A stretch of 64,000 nucleotides of DNA from contig NC_043008.1 of NCBI RefSeq assembly GCF_006345805.1, positions 76,198,001 through 76,262,000 on the forward strand. The letters run 5' to 3'. The DNA comes from Octopus sinensis. Lineage: Eukaryota. Positions within the stretch are counted from its first letter, which is position 1; each line of letters starts with the position of its first letter. Below, one piece after another: positions 12,075 to 23,132 of this stretch. A model generated the notes under the pieces. The model saw only the letters and a program-made list of their open reading frames with translations. It did no database searches and was not told the origin of the DNA. A program made the translations under genes and the position numbers.

Positions 12075-13058
12075 TTAGATGAGGAGGGGGGGAGAGTTGA
12101 GACCAAATGGCGTATAAGAGCGAAGAGAGAAGATTAATTCCTGTTCACGGCGCAAACGGGAATCCGGATGGCCTCTGTGTAAGGACAAACCGAACACAGA
12201 TAGGTGTTGCAAGGAGTGACCGGTGGAGCGGAAATGGCGTGAGACCGGCGTGTCGTTCGCAAGGTGGATGTCACGAAGGTGTTCCGCGAACCGGTCAGCC
12301 AAGCGGCGTCCCGTTTGTCCGATGTACAAGGAATTGCAGAGAGAGCAAGAGACGCAATAGATAATATTGCTGGAGGTGCAGGTGAAGGAGTGTATGATGG
12401 GATAGGGTCGATGGTGGGTGCTAGTGAGACGGGTGGTGTTGGAGAGGTAAGGGCAAGTGCGGCAACGTGGGCGGGAGCAGGGGAACGAGCCGGGTTGGGA
12501 GGTAGGGTCAGGGAAGGAGCTATGGACCAAAAGGTCTCGAAGGTTGTGGGCTCGTTTGAAAGAGGGGAGGGATCGGTTAGGGAAGAGGTGTGAAGTGGAC
12601 GGGTCGGACTGGAGATGACGGAAAGCTCGAAGAATGGTGCGTTGGAGACGTAGGGTCGTGGGGTGGTAAGTGAGGGGAAAAAGGAGGCGGGAGACTACAG
12701 GGCGGGTTCGGGGAGAGAGAGCAGATACACGGTCCACGGACCGTGCTCTGGCAAGGGCGGTGTGGATAGTGGTGAGGGTGTATCCACGTAGGGTGAAGTG
12801 GTGAGCCATACGTTGAGACTGAGTCTCAAAGTCATGGTCGTCACTACAGAGCCTACGTAGACGGAGGAATTGGGAATAGGGGATGGAAAGCTTGGTGTGT
12901 TCTGGGTGGGAGGAAGAGAAGTTGAGGTATGAGTGTGAGTCTGTGTGTTTGTAGTGAATGGAGGTGGTAAGAGTGGAGTGAAGAATGCTAACCGAAATGT
13001 CGAGGAAGGAGACAGAGGTGTTGGAGATAATGGAAGTGAAGTGGAGGGCTGGTTGGAA
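12075..13058 (-). CDS. PLE ORF C-terminal part: RT thumb, Cys linker, GIY-YIG endonuclease (327 uninterrupted codons, 5'-truncated)
   Basis: The 244-aa ORF extends 83 more open codons upstream (FQPALHFT...VSFLDISV...HYKHTDSHSYLNFSSSHP..TKLSIPYSQFLRLRRLCS); PCSRPRCRTC; NIIY...LYIGQTGRRLADRFAEH; RLRREQELIFSLRSYTPFGLN. Confidence 0.9.
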   Translation of the reverse strand, partial: FQPALHFTSIISNTSVSFLDISVSILHSTLTTSIHYKHTDSHSYLNFSSSHPEHTKLSIPYSQFLRLRRLCSDDHDFETQSQRMAHHFTLRGYTLTTIHTALARARSVDRVSALSPRTRPVVSRLLFPLTYHPTTLRLQRTILRAFRHLQSDPSTSHLFPNRSLPSFKRAHNLRDLLVHSSFPDPTSQPGSFPCSRPRCRTCPYLSNTTRLTSTHHRPYPIIHSFTCTSSNIIYCVSCSLCNSLYIGQTGRRLADRFAEHLRDIHLANDTPVSRHFRSTGHSLQHLSVFGLSLHRGHPDSRLRREQELIFSLRSYTPFGLNSPPLLI

Positions 13059-13197
13059 AGATCTACTTTACCACCGATTCCTTTGACCACTCCCCTAAGA
13101 ATGATAGTTTGCGCCATGCCTAACCCCAAAAAGTCCCCCACCACCATCCCTTTAAACCTGCCTAAATGTATAAATGCCAAAACTACTCTTGTCACCT

Positions 13198-13248
13198 AGC
13201 TTCCTGATGATTTCTTTTGAATGAAACAGTTCTAGTCCTGTAGAAGCT
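13198..13248 (+). ncRNA. Type I hammerhead ribozyme (copy 1)
   Basis: agcttc|CTGATGA|t-ttc-tttt-gaa-t|GAA|acag-ttctagtc-ct-GTA|gaagct: 6-bp stem I, intact core, 4-bp stem III, GUA triplet; U.U at 10.1/11.1. Confidence 0.88.
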
Positions 13249-13333
13249 CCTTCTATAAAATAAATTAATTTACTCTGCTATGTATTGAGTACCTTATTTA
13301 CTGTGGTTAACCCCGACTCAACCCGGGACCTAC

Positions 13334-13406
<73 letters not shown>

Positions 13407-13458
13407 TGTATGTATGCATATATATATATGTATATATATATATTTATTTTATAGAAGG

Positions 13459-13509
13459 AGCTTCTACAGGACTAGAACTGTTTCATTCAAAAGAAATCAT
13501 CAGGAAGCT
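13459..13509 (-). ncRNA. Type I hammerhead ribozyme (copy 2)
   Basis: Reverse complement of the 51-nt motif at 13198. Confidence 0.88.
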
Positions 13510-13707
13510 AGGTGACAAGAGTAGTTTTGGCATTTATACATTTAGGCAGGTTTAAAGAGGTGGTGGTGGGGGACTTTTTGGGGGTAGGCATGGCGCAAAC
13601 TATCATTCTTAGGGGAGTGGTCAAAGGAATCGGTGGTAAAGTAGATAAAAGAATAAAGAATAAATAGAATAGAAAAATAGAAAAATGTGTATGTGTATAT
13701 GTACATG

Positions 13708-13789
<82 letters not shown>

Positions 13790-13841
13790 TGTATGTATGC
13801 ATATATATATATGTATATATATATATTTATTTTATAGAAGG

Positions 13842-13892
13842 AGCTTCTACAGGACTAGAACTGTTTCATTCAAAAGAAATCATCAGGAAGCT
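13842..13892 (-). ncRNA. Type I hammerhead ribozyme (copy 3)
   Basis: Reverse complement of the 51-nt motif; 383 bp from copy 2. Confidence 0.85.
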
Positions 13893-14379
13893 AGGTGACA
13901 AGAGTAGTTTTGGCATTTATACATTTAGGCAGGTTTAAAGAGGTGGTGGTGGGGGACTTTTTGGGGGTAGGCATGGCGCAAACTATCATTCTTAGGGGAG
14001 TGGTCAAAGGAATCGGTGGTAAAGTAGATAAAAGAATAAAGAATAAATAGAATAGAAAAATAGAAAAATGTGTATGTGTATATGTACATGTGTGTGCATA
14101 TATATATAATATATATATATATGTGTGGGTGTGTATGTATATGTGTGTGTATATATATATGTATATGTATAAGTGAGAGTCTCCTTATTTACCTAAAACT
14201 CTATTTTTCTATTTATTCTTTTATTCTTTTATTTATTATTTTATCTACTTTACCACCGATTCCTTTGACCACTCCCCTAAGAATGTTAGTTTGCGCCATG
14301 CCTACCCCCAAAAAGTCCCCCACCACCATCCCTTTAAACCTGCCTAAATGTATAAATGCCAAAACTACTCTTGTCACCT

Positions 14380-14430
14380 AGCTTCCTGATGATTTCTTTT
14401 GAATGAAACAGTTCTAGTCCTGTAGAAGCT
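14380..14430 (+). ncRNA. Type I hammerhead ribozyme (copy 4)
   Basis: Same 51-nt motif as 13198. Confidence 0.88.
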
Positions 14431-14559
14431 CCTTCTATAAAATAAATTAATTTACTCTGCTATGTATTGAGTACCTTATTTACTGTGGTTAACCCAGACT
14501 CAACCCGGGACCTACATATGTAATATATATATATATGTATGTGAGTGTGTAAATGTGAA

Positions 14560-17210
14560 TGTGTGAATAGGGACGAGTGGGTTTGACATATGTGTGTGTG
14601 CGAGAGGACAGGAGATGCAGTAAATGATATTACTGGAGGTGCAGGTAAAGTATTCAGTGACGTGATAGGAATGGTGATAGGTGCCTGTGAGGATGGTAGT
14701 GTTGGAGAGATAAAGGCAGGTCCGACAGCGTAGGCGGGAACAGGAGAAGGATCCAGGCTGGGAGGCGGGGTAAGGAAGAAACTGTGGACTGGGAGGTCAG
14801 GCAATTTATGGATTCGTTTGAAGGAGGGAAGGGATAGGTTAGGGAATTTGTGTGAGGTGGACGAGTTGGACTAGAGTCGCAGGAAGGCTCGGAGAATGGT
14901 GTGTTGGAGAGGTAAGATGGAGGAGTGGTAGGTGAGGGGAATTGGGAGACGGGTAAGAGTGTGGCGGGCACAAAGGGAAAGAGTAAGGGTGGGGCGGGTA
15001 CGAAGAGAAAGAGAAAGCTCGTGCCAAGTAGGGCAGTGTGCATAATAGTGAGGGGGTATCCACGTAGGATGAAGTTGCGAGCCTGGAATTGAGACTGAGT
15101 CTCAAAGTCATGGTCTTTACTTCAGAACCTGCATAGAAGTAGGAAATGAAGAGCTTGGTATGGGTAGGGTGGGATGAGGAGAAGTTAAGATAGGAATGTG
15201 AGTCAATGTGTAGTGGATGGAGATAATGAGAGTGGAGTGATGGATTCTGACAGAAATGTCAAGAAATTCGATAGAAAAGTTAGAGACAGAGCAGGGGAAT
15301 TCGAAGGTAGGATGGAAGGATGGGACAAAGGAGAGAAAAGAATCCAGTTGTTTGCCGGAGAGTGAGGTTGCACCGATACAGTTATCGATATAACGATCGT
15401 ATCGCTCGGGAATCGTACCAGTGAATTGTGAGATTATTTGGGCCTCAACGTAGCCAACGAACAGGTTCGCATAGTTGGAGCCCATTCCCATTCCTGTGGC
15501 CAGTCCCAAGACATGTTGGTAAAACTCTCCCACGAACAACAAGCAGTTGAGGGAGATGACAAGTTCGACCAAACAAAAAAGTGTGGAGGTCAAGTTGAGG
15601 CTCAGACCGAAGGTCTAGAAAGTGTTTAAGTGGCATCACCATATTTAAACTTTTGATATCAAGAGTGAACAGAAGTTGAGTGGTCATAAGGAGAAAGAGC
15701 ATGGTTGGTGTGGTGGATGTCGGAGAGAAGGAAAGCCACTAGGGGAAGGGGCAAGGGCACGGTCGAGATATTTGGAGATCATTTCCGTGGGGAAGTTGTA
15801 GGCGGAGACGATGGGGCAATCAGGGTTGTTGGGCTCGTAGATTTTGGGAAGGATGTAAATAGTGGGAGTACGTGGAGTACAGACAATAAGGTTCGAGGCG
15901 GTGGGTGGGAGACGGGAGGAGGAAATTAAGATCACTAATAGTAGAGAACACAATCGGTTGATAGTTAGACGTAGGGTTGGCAATAGAAGGCCGTGTCTTG
16001 AAGTTGACGAACAGCTCCAGCTTTGTAAAAGTACGCGCGTCACACCACTGCAGATCCACCCTTGTCCGCCGGTTTGGCGACGATGTCTTTGCGGCTTCGA
16101 AGACATCGAAGAGCCGAGAGTTCGGCCGAGAAGATGTTGAAATGTCGGGGACGCCTGCAAAAGAGTGAGCGGTCCACAACACGTTAGAAAATGCTTGGAA
16201 AATAATCAACTGTTTGGAACTGGCTAGGAGCTGGCGTCTAGTGTGGTGGTCGACGGTAAAGCAATATTCTTCATTAGATGGAGATGGAGTGTTGTAGAAC
16301 AGTGTGTATAGTCTGACGCGGTGCACAATGTTTTGAATGTCAGCACGGGTCTGAAACTCAGTGGATGGAATGAGGGGGGATGAAGCGCAGAACAATACTG
16401 GGAAGAGAGCGCTCCGCTTCGGAGAGGAGGAGACCAGGAGGAATGGTAGCAACAAACTGATGTAGGAGGGAGGAGGAGGAGGAAGAGAAGGAGTTAGATA
16501 GGGAGGGGAGACTTGGAGAGGAGAGAGGAGGAAGTAGGAGAGAGGAGGAAGTAGGAGAGAGGAGGAAGTAGGAGTGGATGGGGAAGAGGAGTAGAGCGAT
16601 GGAGAAGGGGTGTATTGGCATCGGGTGTGACAGGATAAAAGAGTAAAGTTTATGTTATTTAGTGCGAGCGAGAAAGTCGTGAAAAATGTTGTTTAGATGG
16701 AGGATGAAGAGTAAGGTAGAATGTGAAATGGATGGCGAGCAACATGAAAAAAAGCTGGAATAAGCGAGAGGGAGAAGGTGATCGAGTGTGTGAGATTATA
16801 ACGAATTGCAGCACGCATAAGGCGGTATGAAGTGGGTATGGGTAGGATGGAAGAGGCAGAATGGAAAGTTGGGTGGGAAGGAAGGCGAAAGCATCTTAGG
16901 ATGAGGTGAGGGTGAAGCAGCGACTGAGAAAGGAAACATGACTACAGAAGCATGTTTTCTTGAAAATCAGTCGTGAAAGGTTAATAGAAGGTTGAAAGCA
17001 GCGGAAAGGAAGCGTGGAAAGGTTTTTTTAGACGGTGGTGAGACGGAGGAGAAAGAATTTATAATTAGGGATGCTGGAAAAAGGAGAAAATAAAAGAAAA
17101 ACAGAAAATGGGAGTAAAAAGGAAGAAGAGAGTTGAAAAGGAGAGAGAATGGCCAAGTATTAGCGCACGGAGTTTAAAAGTTCAGAAAGTTCAAAAGTCG
17201 TGGCATAGTA
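14560..17210 (-). pseudogene. Older, frameshifted Penelope-like element (N-terminus, RT, start of GIY-YIG)
   Basis: IYILPKIY..NNPDCPIVS; FTLDIKSL; GLATGMGMGSNYANLFVGYVE...RYIDNCIG (YIDD->YIDN); homologous to but clearly diverged from 12380-13060. Confidence 0.9.
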
Positions 17211-17218
17211 GAACGTAA

Positions 17219-17652
17219 TAAGGATATGTCTGCTTTCGTCATTTTATGAGTTTATCACCACCATGGAGAGCTACTTTAGCTTGCTTCCCCGTTTTCCGTC
17301 AATTTATGTGTTTATTTTGAATCATTTTGTATCTTATTTCTAACACTTGCCGGAACTAATTTGTACCCTTGGTTATAAACTTGGCTTTAGGTTTTAATTG
17401 CTAACGAGTCACCTATATCATAATATATTTAGTATATTTTTAATATATTAATATACTATATTGTATTGTACTTATGCTATACACTTTGGCTGTTTTGAAT
17501 TTAGCGTTAGCTTCCAACGCTTTTTCTCATGAGTTGTACGAGCGAGCTGCCCTTTTTAACCCGAGATCCTCTAATGAGAACTAAGATTGTAATGATCAGA
17601 GTTCGAAATCACGTGTTAAGGATATGTCTGTTTACATCATTTTGTGAGTTCA
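17219..17652 (+). mobile_element. ~398-bp HHR-containing unit with terminal direct repeat (retrozyme/pLTR-like)
   Basis: taaggatatgtctg...tcattttRtgagtt at 17219 and 17617 (30/34 identical) brackets a unit ending in an HHR motif. Confidence 0.6.
17566..17623 (+). ncRNA. Hammerhead motif with G5->A mutation
   Basis: atcct|CTAATGA|gaact-aa-gatt-gtaat-gatc-ag-agttc|GAAA|t-cacgtg-tTA|aggat. Confidence 0.6.
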
Positions 17653-17979
17653 AGACAAAATCTAATAGAAATATAGACGATCAGAAACAGAGATAGACTA
17701 AGAGAGACATAAAAGATTAAGGCAGAGAGTCAGCATTGCAAGGAAAGAGATACAAATTAAGGAAGCCGCATGTTAAAAATCGCTTACAATCTCGCTGCGG
17801 ATTAATATTAATTTGCTTATTGAGTTGTGCAGCTGAAATCTTCACTAAAAACTCCTGTGAAGCATAGTTTTACACAATTATATATCAAATATATATTGAA
17901 ATTGGAATTATATTTTTCTAAAATAACTCATAATTAGTTATTAAACCGTTTTCTCTAATATGTGTGTATATATGTATGT

Positions 17980-18018
<39 letters not shown>

Positions 18019-18249
18019 CAGAGGAAGAGAGAGAGAATGAAAGAGAGTGTGTGTGAAAGAGACGATAGACATACAGACAAGCAGATGGACAGATAGACAG
18101 ATAGACAGATAGATAGATAGATAAATAGATACATATAGAGAGAGAGAGAGATAGGTAGATACATACATACATAATTTTATTAAAAGCTGAAGTTCCATGT
18201 ATCGCCTATCTACGTTCATATTTTTGAATAATTTTACTCGAACGAATTG

Positions 18250-18400
18250 GCCCCAGTACTTATTTTTAAAGGCTGTTAGTTATTCTACCGGATACTTTGA
18301 CGAACTGCTAGATCACGAAGAATTAAACACAGCAACACCTGTTGTGAAGCGATGGTAGGTTATTAACACAGACACAAACACACACACAAATTAATAACAG
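18250..18400 (-). mobile_element. Decayed SINE 3' segment (family B)
   Basis: Reverse-strand homolog of 30815-31010 (accgcttgayaac...gatagaa). Confidence 0.5.
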
Positions 18401-19153
18401 GTAAGATATATTTAACTAATTTTATTTTTATTTTATGTTATTTTAATTATTTTATTTTATTTAGTTTTCTCTGCGTATATCATACCATGAGGTTGTCATG
18501 AAATAGGAGTTCATTATCTATTGGTAAATATCCCAAATTTGTAAAACTGATATAAAATATACTTTTTACATTAGAAAAGTGTAAATTAGTAAACTTCCTG
18601 GTAATTTGGAATATTTGTTATTCCCTAGTGTGTTGGTTGTTTTATAGTTGAGTGTAAAAATGAATGTAAAATAATCCTAACAATCCTGTGCAAACGTCTA
18701 GGACAATATTGTGACTACATATAAACAAAAATATCAAAATATTATATATGAACATAGCACGCACTTCACTGAAAATATCAGTTGAAAAGATTAAAAAACA
18801 TAAAAACATTTCAGAATTTTTTCTTCTGCAGTCAACTAACTCACAATGTTGTGTTAAACATTCATATTTTGATCGTTATATTTCTTATATAATAGTGTCA
18901 TTTTCTTTTATCAATAATGTGAACCTCGTAATATTATTAAGCTTTACTATAGCAGCAGCTACTTCTTATAACATTTTTTAATGTTTATTTACTGAGTAAT
19001 TTTTTTGACGATATTTTAAACGCAAATTTCCACCACCCAAAAATAAATATGTATTTGAAGGAAGCTGAGGATTAGAATTTCCTTCAATCAGAGAAGATAT
19101 AACTTGACTTCTCAATTAAAGCGCTTTTCTTCAGTCAGAAAACAACAGTATCT

Positions 19154-19626
19154 GTGGAGGCGCAATGACCCAGTGGTTAGGGAAGCGGGCTCGCGGTCGT
19201 AGGAACGCGGCTTCAATTCCCAGACCGGGTATTGTGAGTGTTTATTGAGCAAAAACACCTAAGCTCTACGACGCTCCGGCGGGGAGGGGTGGTGAACCCC
19301 GCTGTACTCTTTCACCAAAACTTTCTCTCACTCCTTTTTCCTACTTCTGTCACAAAGCAGAGGAACCATGGTATAATTCACTATGGTGTGGTAAACTGTC
19401 AGACCCTAGTCTAGATTGCGAATCCTCTGTACCACAGGATGGTTCAGCTCCCCACGCGTTAAAAGCCACCGTTTACGGAATGAGGATAATAACGTAGCTT
19501 TCGCGCCTGTGCAACCGCCAATCTATTGCATATGGTGGGTGGATCTTCAAGTTGCCACACGCATTCTTAATAGCTTAGAGATTATTCTTTGTGGCTAATG
19601 GCGCGAGTCATGATTGGAAGAAGAAG
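19154..19626 (+). mobile_element. Complete tRNA-derived SINE with (GAA)n tail and 12-bp TSD
   Basis: A box ggcgcaatgacccagtggttagg, B box-like ggcttcaattccc; TSD acaacagtatct at 19142-19153 and 19627-19638; ends ggaagaagaag. Confidence 0.9.
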
Positions 19627-19884
19627 ACAACAGTATCTCAAATTGTAATCTGATTAATCTCATATGTACGAATCTGTGAGTAGCGTGTTAATCCAAGACT
19701 CAAACAATGAATATACTCAAAAGCATACAGTTCAAACGAACTTTATGTAGTTTAGGGATCAAAAAAAATTTAGGGATATTTTCTTTCTTTTCACCCACTT
19801 CTAAACCACACAATATTTCTAATGTGGGTATAAAGTCTATTAACTATCTTATTAACGTTTACCTGTATAACTTTTTAAGTGTTA

Positions 19885-22800
19885 TCTATACATATATAAA
19901 CGCAAGTTGTCTGTTTGGATGTTTGTTTGTGTCAAGTTGCCGTCTACACTTGCGAACGAATTTTCATGAAACTTTGCAAACGCGTAACATCCAGTTTGTT
20001 ACTAGGCTTATTGAATTTAATAAAATATATTGGATGGCTAGAGCCCCTAGAATGGCTCCACATAATAACCCACATATATTTTCCTTTAACAGCGAAAAGA
20101 AATAGCCCGTTCATTTTCATTTGCATCAAACGGTTCCGCAGGAAATTTATTCATGAGACACATACGGGACATGATGATTACCCACTCTACTGGCACCGGA
20201 AGCCAGAAGATGATGGAAACACTACCAAGCTCAAAGTTACTGATCAAGGGATGGAAACTGACAACAGGTGGATCGTGACCTACAATCCATTGCTGTATAA
20301 AACGTTGCAGGCCCATGTTAATGTTCAGTCAAGCAATTCTATAAAAATCATTAAATATAGATGTAAATACATCAATAAGGGCTCATATATGGCGGTTTTG
20401 GGACTTGACAGGAGGGCGGACAGGCAGATGAAGTTCAGCAATATAAGTTGGGTAGGTATATTTCCCCTAACGAGGCAAATGGGTGCACCCTGGGCTTCGA
20501 GTAGTGTGAATATATCTGTACAGCTTTAAAATGGCCAGCGTGTATATTTCACAGAAGACAATGCTCTAAATGTAGTTCTGAATCCACCAGAAACCACTTT
20601 GACAGCTTTCTTCAGATTATACCAATGTGATCTGCTTGCCCGAACGGTAATGTATGCTGAGGTTCCTGTGTACTATACCTGGGCACACAATAGATGGAAC
20701 AGACACAAGCAAGGAGCACGCGTTGAGGGCTAGGAAGAACATGCTGTCTTCAGAAGTGGAGCCATCGGGTGGGTGTACACTGTGCAGCCTAATCAGCAAG
20801 AGTGCTTCTTCCCGCGTCTCCTGCTACACACTGTCACACCTTCGAAGACACAATGGGGAAGTCTGCGCGACCTAGAGAGAAGCCTGCGCCAAACAGGAAC
20901 TACTAGAGGACGATTCTCAGTGGGACCAGACACTGGAGGAGACAGCAATCAGCAAAGTACTAAGTCAACTGCGCCAGCTATTTTCTATCATGATGATATG
21001 TACCTTTGGGCGACACACAAAACCAGCATGGCAGAGGACATTCTACAAAGGATTGAAAGACATACCTCAGCGGAAATTGCCACTTTTAATAACACCATTT
21101 ACAATGAGGAATTATTTGACTCGGACACCCGTATGCTATCTATGGGTGATCAAGGCATTGCCACATTTGGTCTGCCTCAACCGGAGCTGGTAGCAAACAA
21201 TCTCGCAATTGAGTACCTGTGAGAAATCAGCTATGACATAGAGGAAATGACGGTGTATTTAGCTGATAATGAACACCAACTGATGGAGGACCAAGTGAGT
21301 GTTAATAAGGCTATTATTTCGAGCATTGAAAATGAAAGAGGAGGTTTTATCTTTCTGGGTGCTTCGGATGGAACTGGCATGACATCTGTCATCAACCTTT
21401 TATTGGCTAAACTGTGCCAAATGAAGCAGTGGCGTGAAAGGAATAGTTACAACTCTGCTAAGTGGTGGCCGCACAGCACATTCCTGTTTCAAACTCCCTG
21501 GGTGAATGCAGGTTGATCTTCCGAGATGAGGCGGCAAATAGCCATAAGGGTTCCTTTGAAGCTCTTGACATGTCCCATCAGGATCTGAAAAACAATACCA
21601 GGTTCATTGGAGGTGCCAAATTCTTGCTTGTAGGGGACTTTAGATAAACCCTTCCCGTGGTTCGAAAGGAGACAAGAGCTGATGAGGTAAACACCAGCAT
21701 TTTTGCAGTGTGCAAAAGCTGAAATTCACGACCAACATAAGACTGCAGCTCAGTGGTGATGATTCAGACAACCTTTTCAAAGCAACTGTTGTACGTCAGT
21801 AATGGCACTTCGCTTGGAGAGAAGGATGGCCGGGTAAATTTTCCTTTTGGTCATATGGTACCTGATTTAAAAGAACTAATGAATAAGGTGTTTCCTAACC
21901 TGAGGAATTAGTTTACAGACCACAACTGGTTGGAAACCTGTGCCATTTTAGGTCCAAAGAATAAGGGAATTGATGATTTTAACTTCATACTTCTGAACAA
22001 TCGCCAGGTGAGCGTCATATCTACAATTCCATTGACTCTGTACTCAACATCGATGAGGCTGTGAATTATCCAGCTGAATTCTTGAAGAGTCTAATACCAC
22101 CTGGCCTCCCACCTCACAACTTCCACCTCAAGATTGGAGCACCAGTTATGCTGCTTCGAAACTTCGATCCACCAAAGATTTGTGATGGCACACGACTTAT
22201 AATAAACAAGATGATGCCAACAGTCTTGGAGACAAGAATTTTGACTGCTAAAGCAAGCGGTGATCCTGTATTCTTTCCTAGAATTCCATTTATTCACTCG
22301 GTTATGTTTATCCAGTACAAGCGCCTGGAATTCCCGTTCAAACTGTACTTTGCAACGAGCATTAACAAAGCGAAGGGGCAGTCTTTGGATGTGGTAGGTT
22401 TGAAACTTGCGGAACCAGCTTTCTCCCTTGGCCAAATTTATGTTTGATGCTCAAGAGTCGGCAATCCTAATCATTTGTTTATTTATACCCTATAAGGAAA
22501 GACCAAAAATGTTAAATCGTCAGGTATTTGTTATTTAACTGTAATATTTGTAAGTGTTGTAAATGTATTGATAATCTACATGTTATTTTATTTTTAAATC
22601 TATGCGCAAATTTATTTGTATGTCTACTGTAAAACTAAATGTCAGTCTGTCTCTACAGTCATTGTAAGTCTATTTCAACACTAGCGCCCCTAGGAGTTAT
22701 ACTCTCTCAGAACGCACAGAAGTCTTTTTCAGAGTTATTTACTTTAAATTGCTATTATCTCATATCCGATTAGCCTGTTATTACGTAACACGCTTCGCGA

Positions 22801-23132
22801 TTTTGGTATACATACCTTATTGGTATTTCCTCCTAAGTGCTACATACTCTAAGAACCCATAAATCCCTTTTCTGGGGTACTTCATTTGAATTCTTACTAT
22901 CGGGTAACTAATTTCATGTTATTACGTAAATAACTTCACGATCTGGGTATTCATAACTTATTGGGATTTTCTAAAAGCAAGATCCTATGTAAGACAGTTC
23001 GGTATTCTCTGTAAATGCACGTTTTAAGGGCTACATACTTCGTATTGTTGTTATTGGATTAGCGAAATAATTACGAGAACGGAACCAAAGGATAAGACCA
23101 GCTTTTCCGGGATTACCGGGTACGTCAGCTAG
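19885..23132 (+). mobile_element. Helitron with both termini and a decayed, internally deleted RepHel gene
   Basis: A|TCTATAC... 5' end; 3' ccgggattaccggg...CTAG|T. Rep motif NRWIVTYNP..HVNV..SIKIIKYRCKYINKG; YTVQP..ECF.RLLLHTV; PIF1 motifs FLGASDGTG, RDEA, LLVGDFR, PPGLPPH..LKIGAPVMLLRN, FATSINKAKGQS, GQIYV. Confidence 0.93.

Larger units (their letters stand above)
11150..13060 (-). mobile_element. 5'-truncated Penelope-like element (Neptune-type), young copy with 3' UTR
   Basis: GC-rich, C-rich coding strand; open RT-thumb + GIY-YIG frame; repetitive 3' UTR with an HHR-like motif near the end. Confidence 0.9.
13061..14520. repeat. Cassette of four copies of a ~200-280 bp hammerhead-containing repeat (+,-,-,+) separated by (TA)n/(TATG)n
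   Basis: atctactttaccaccgattcc...ctataaaataaa at 13061 (+) and ~14245 (+); reverse copies at ~13443-13650 and ~13826-14030; the two reverse copies are a 383-bp tandem duplication. Confidence 0.95.

Noticed and set aside
12107-12593. Plus-strand Gly/Arg-rich ORFs
   Set aside because: Antisense frames of the C-rich PLE ORF.
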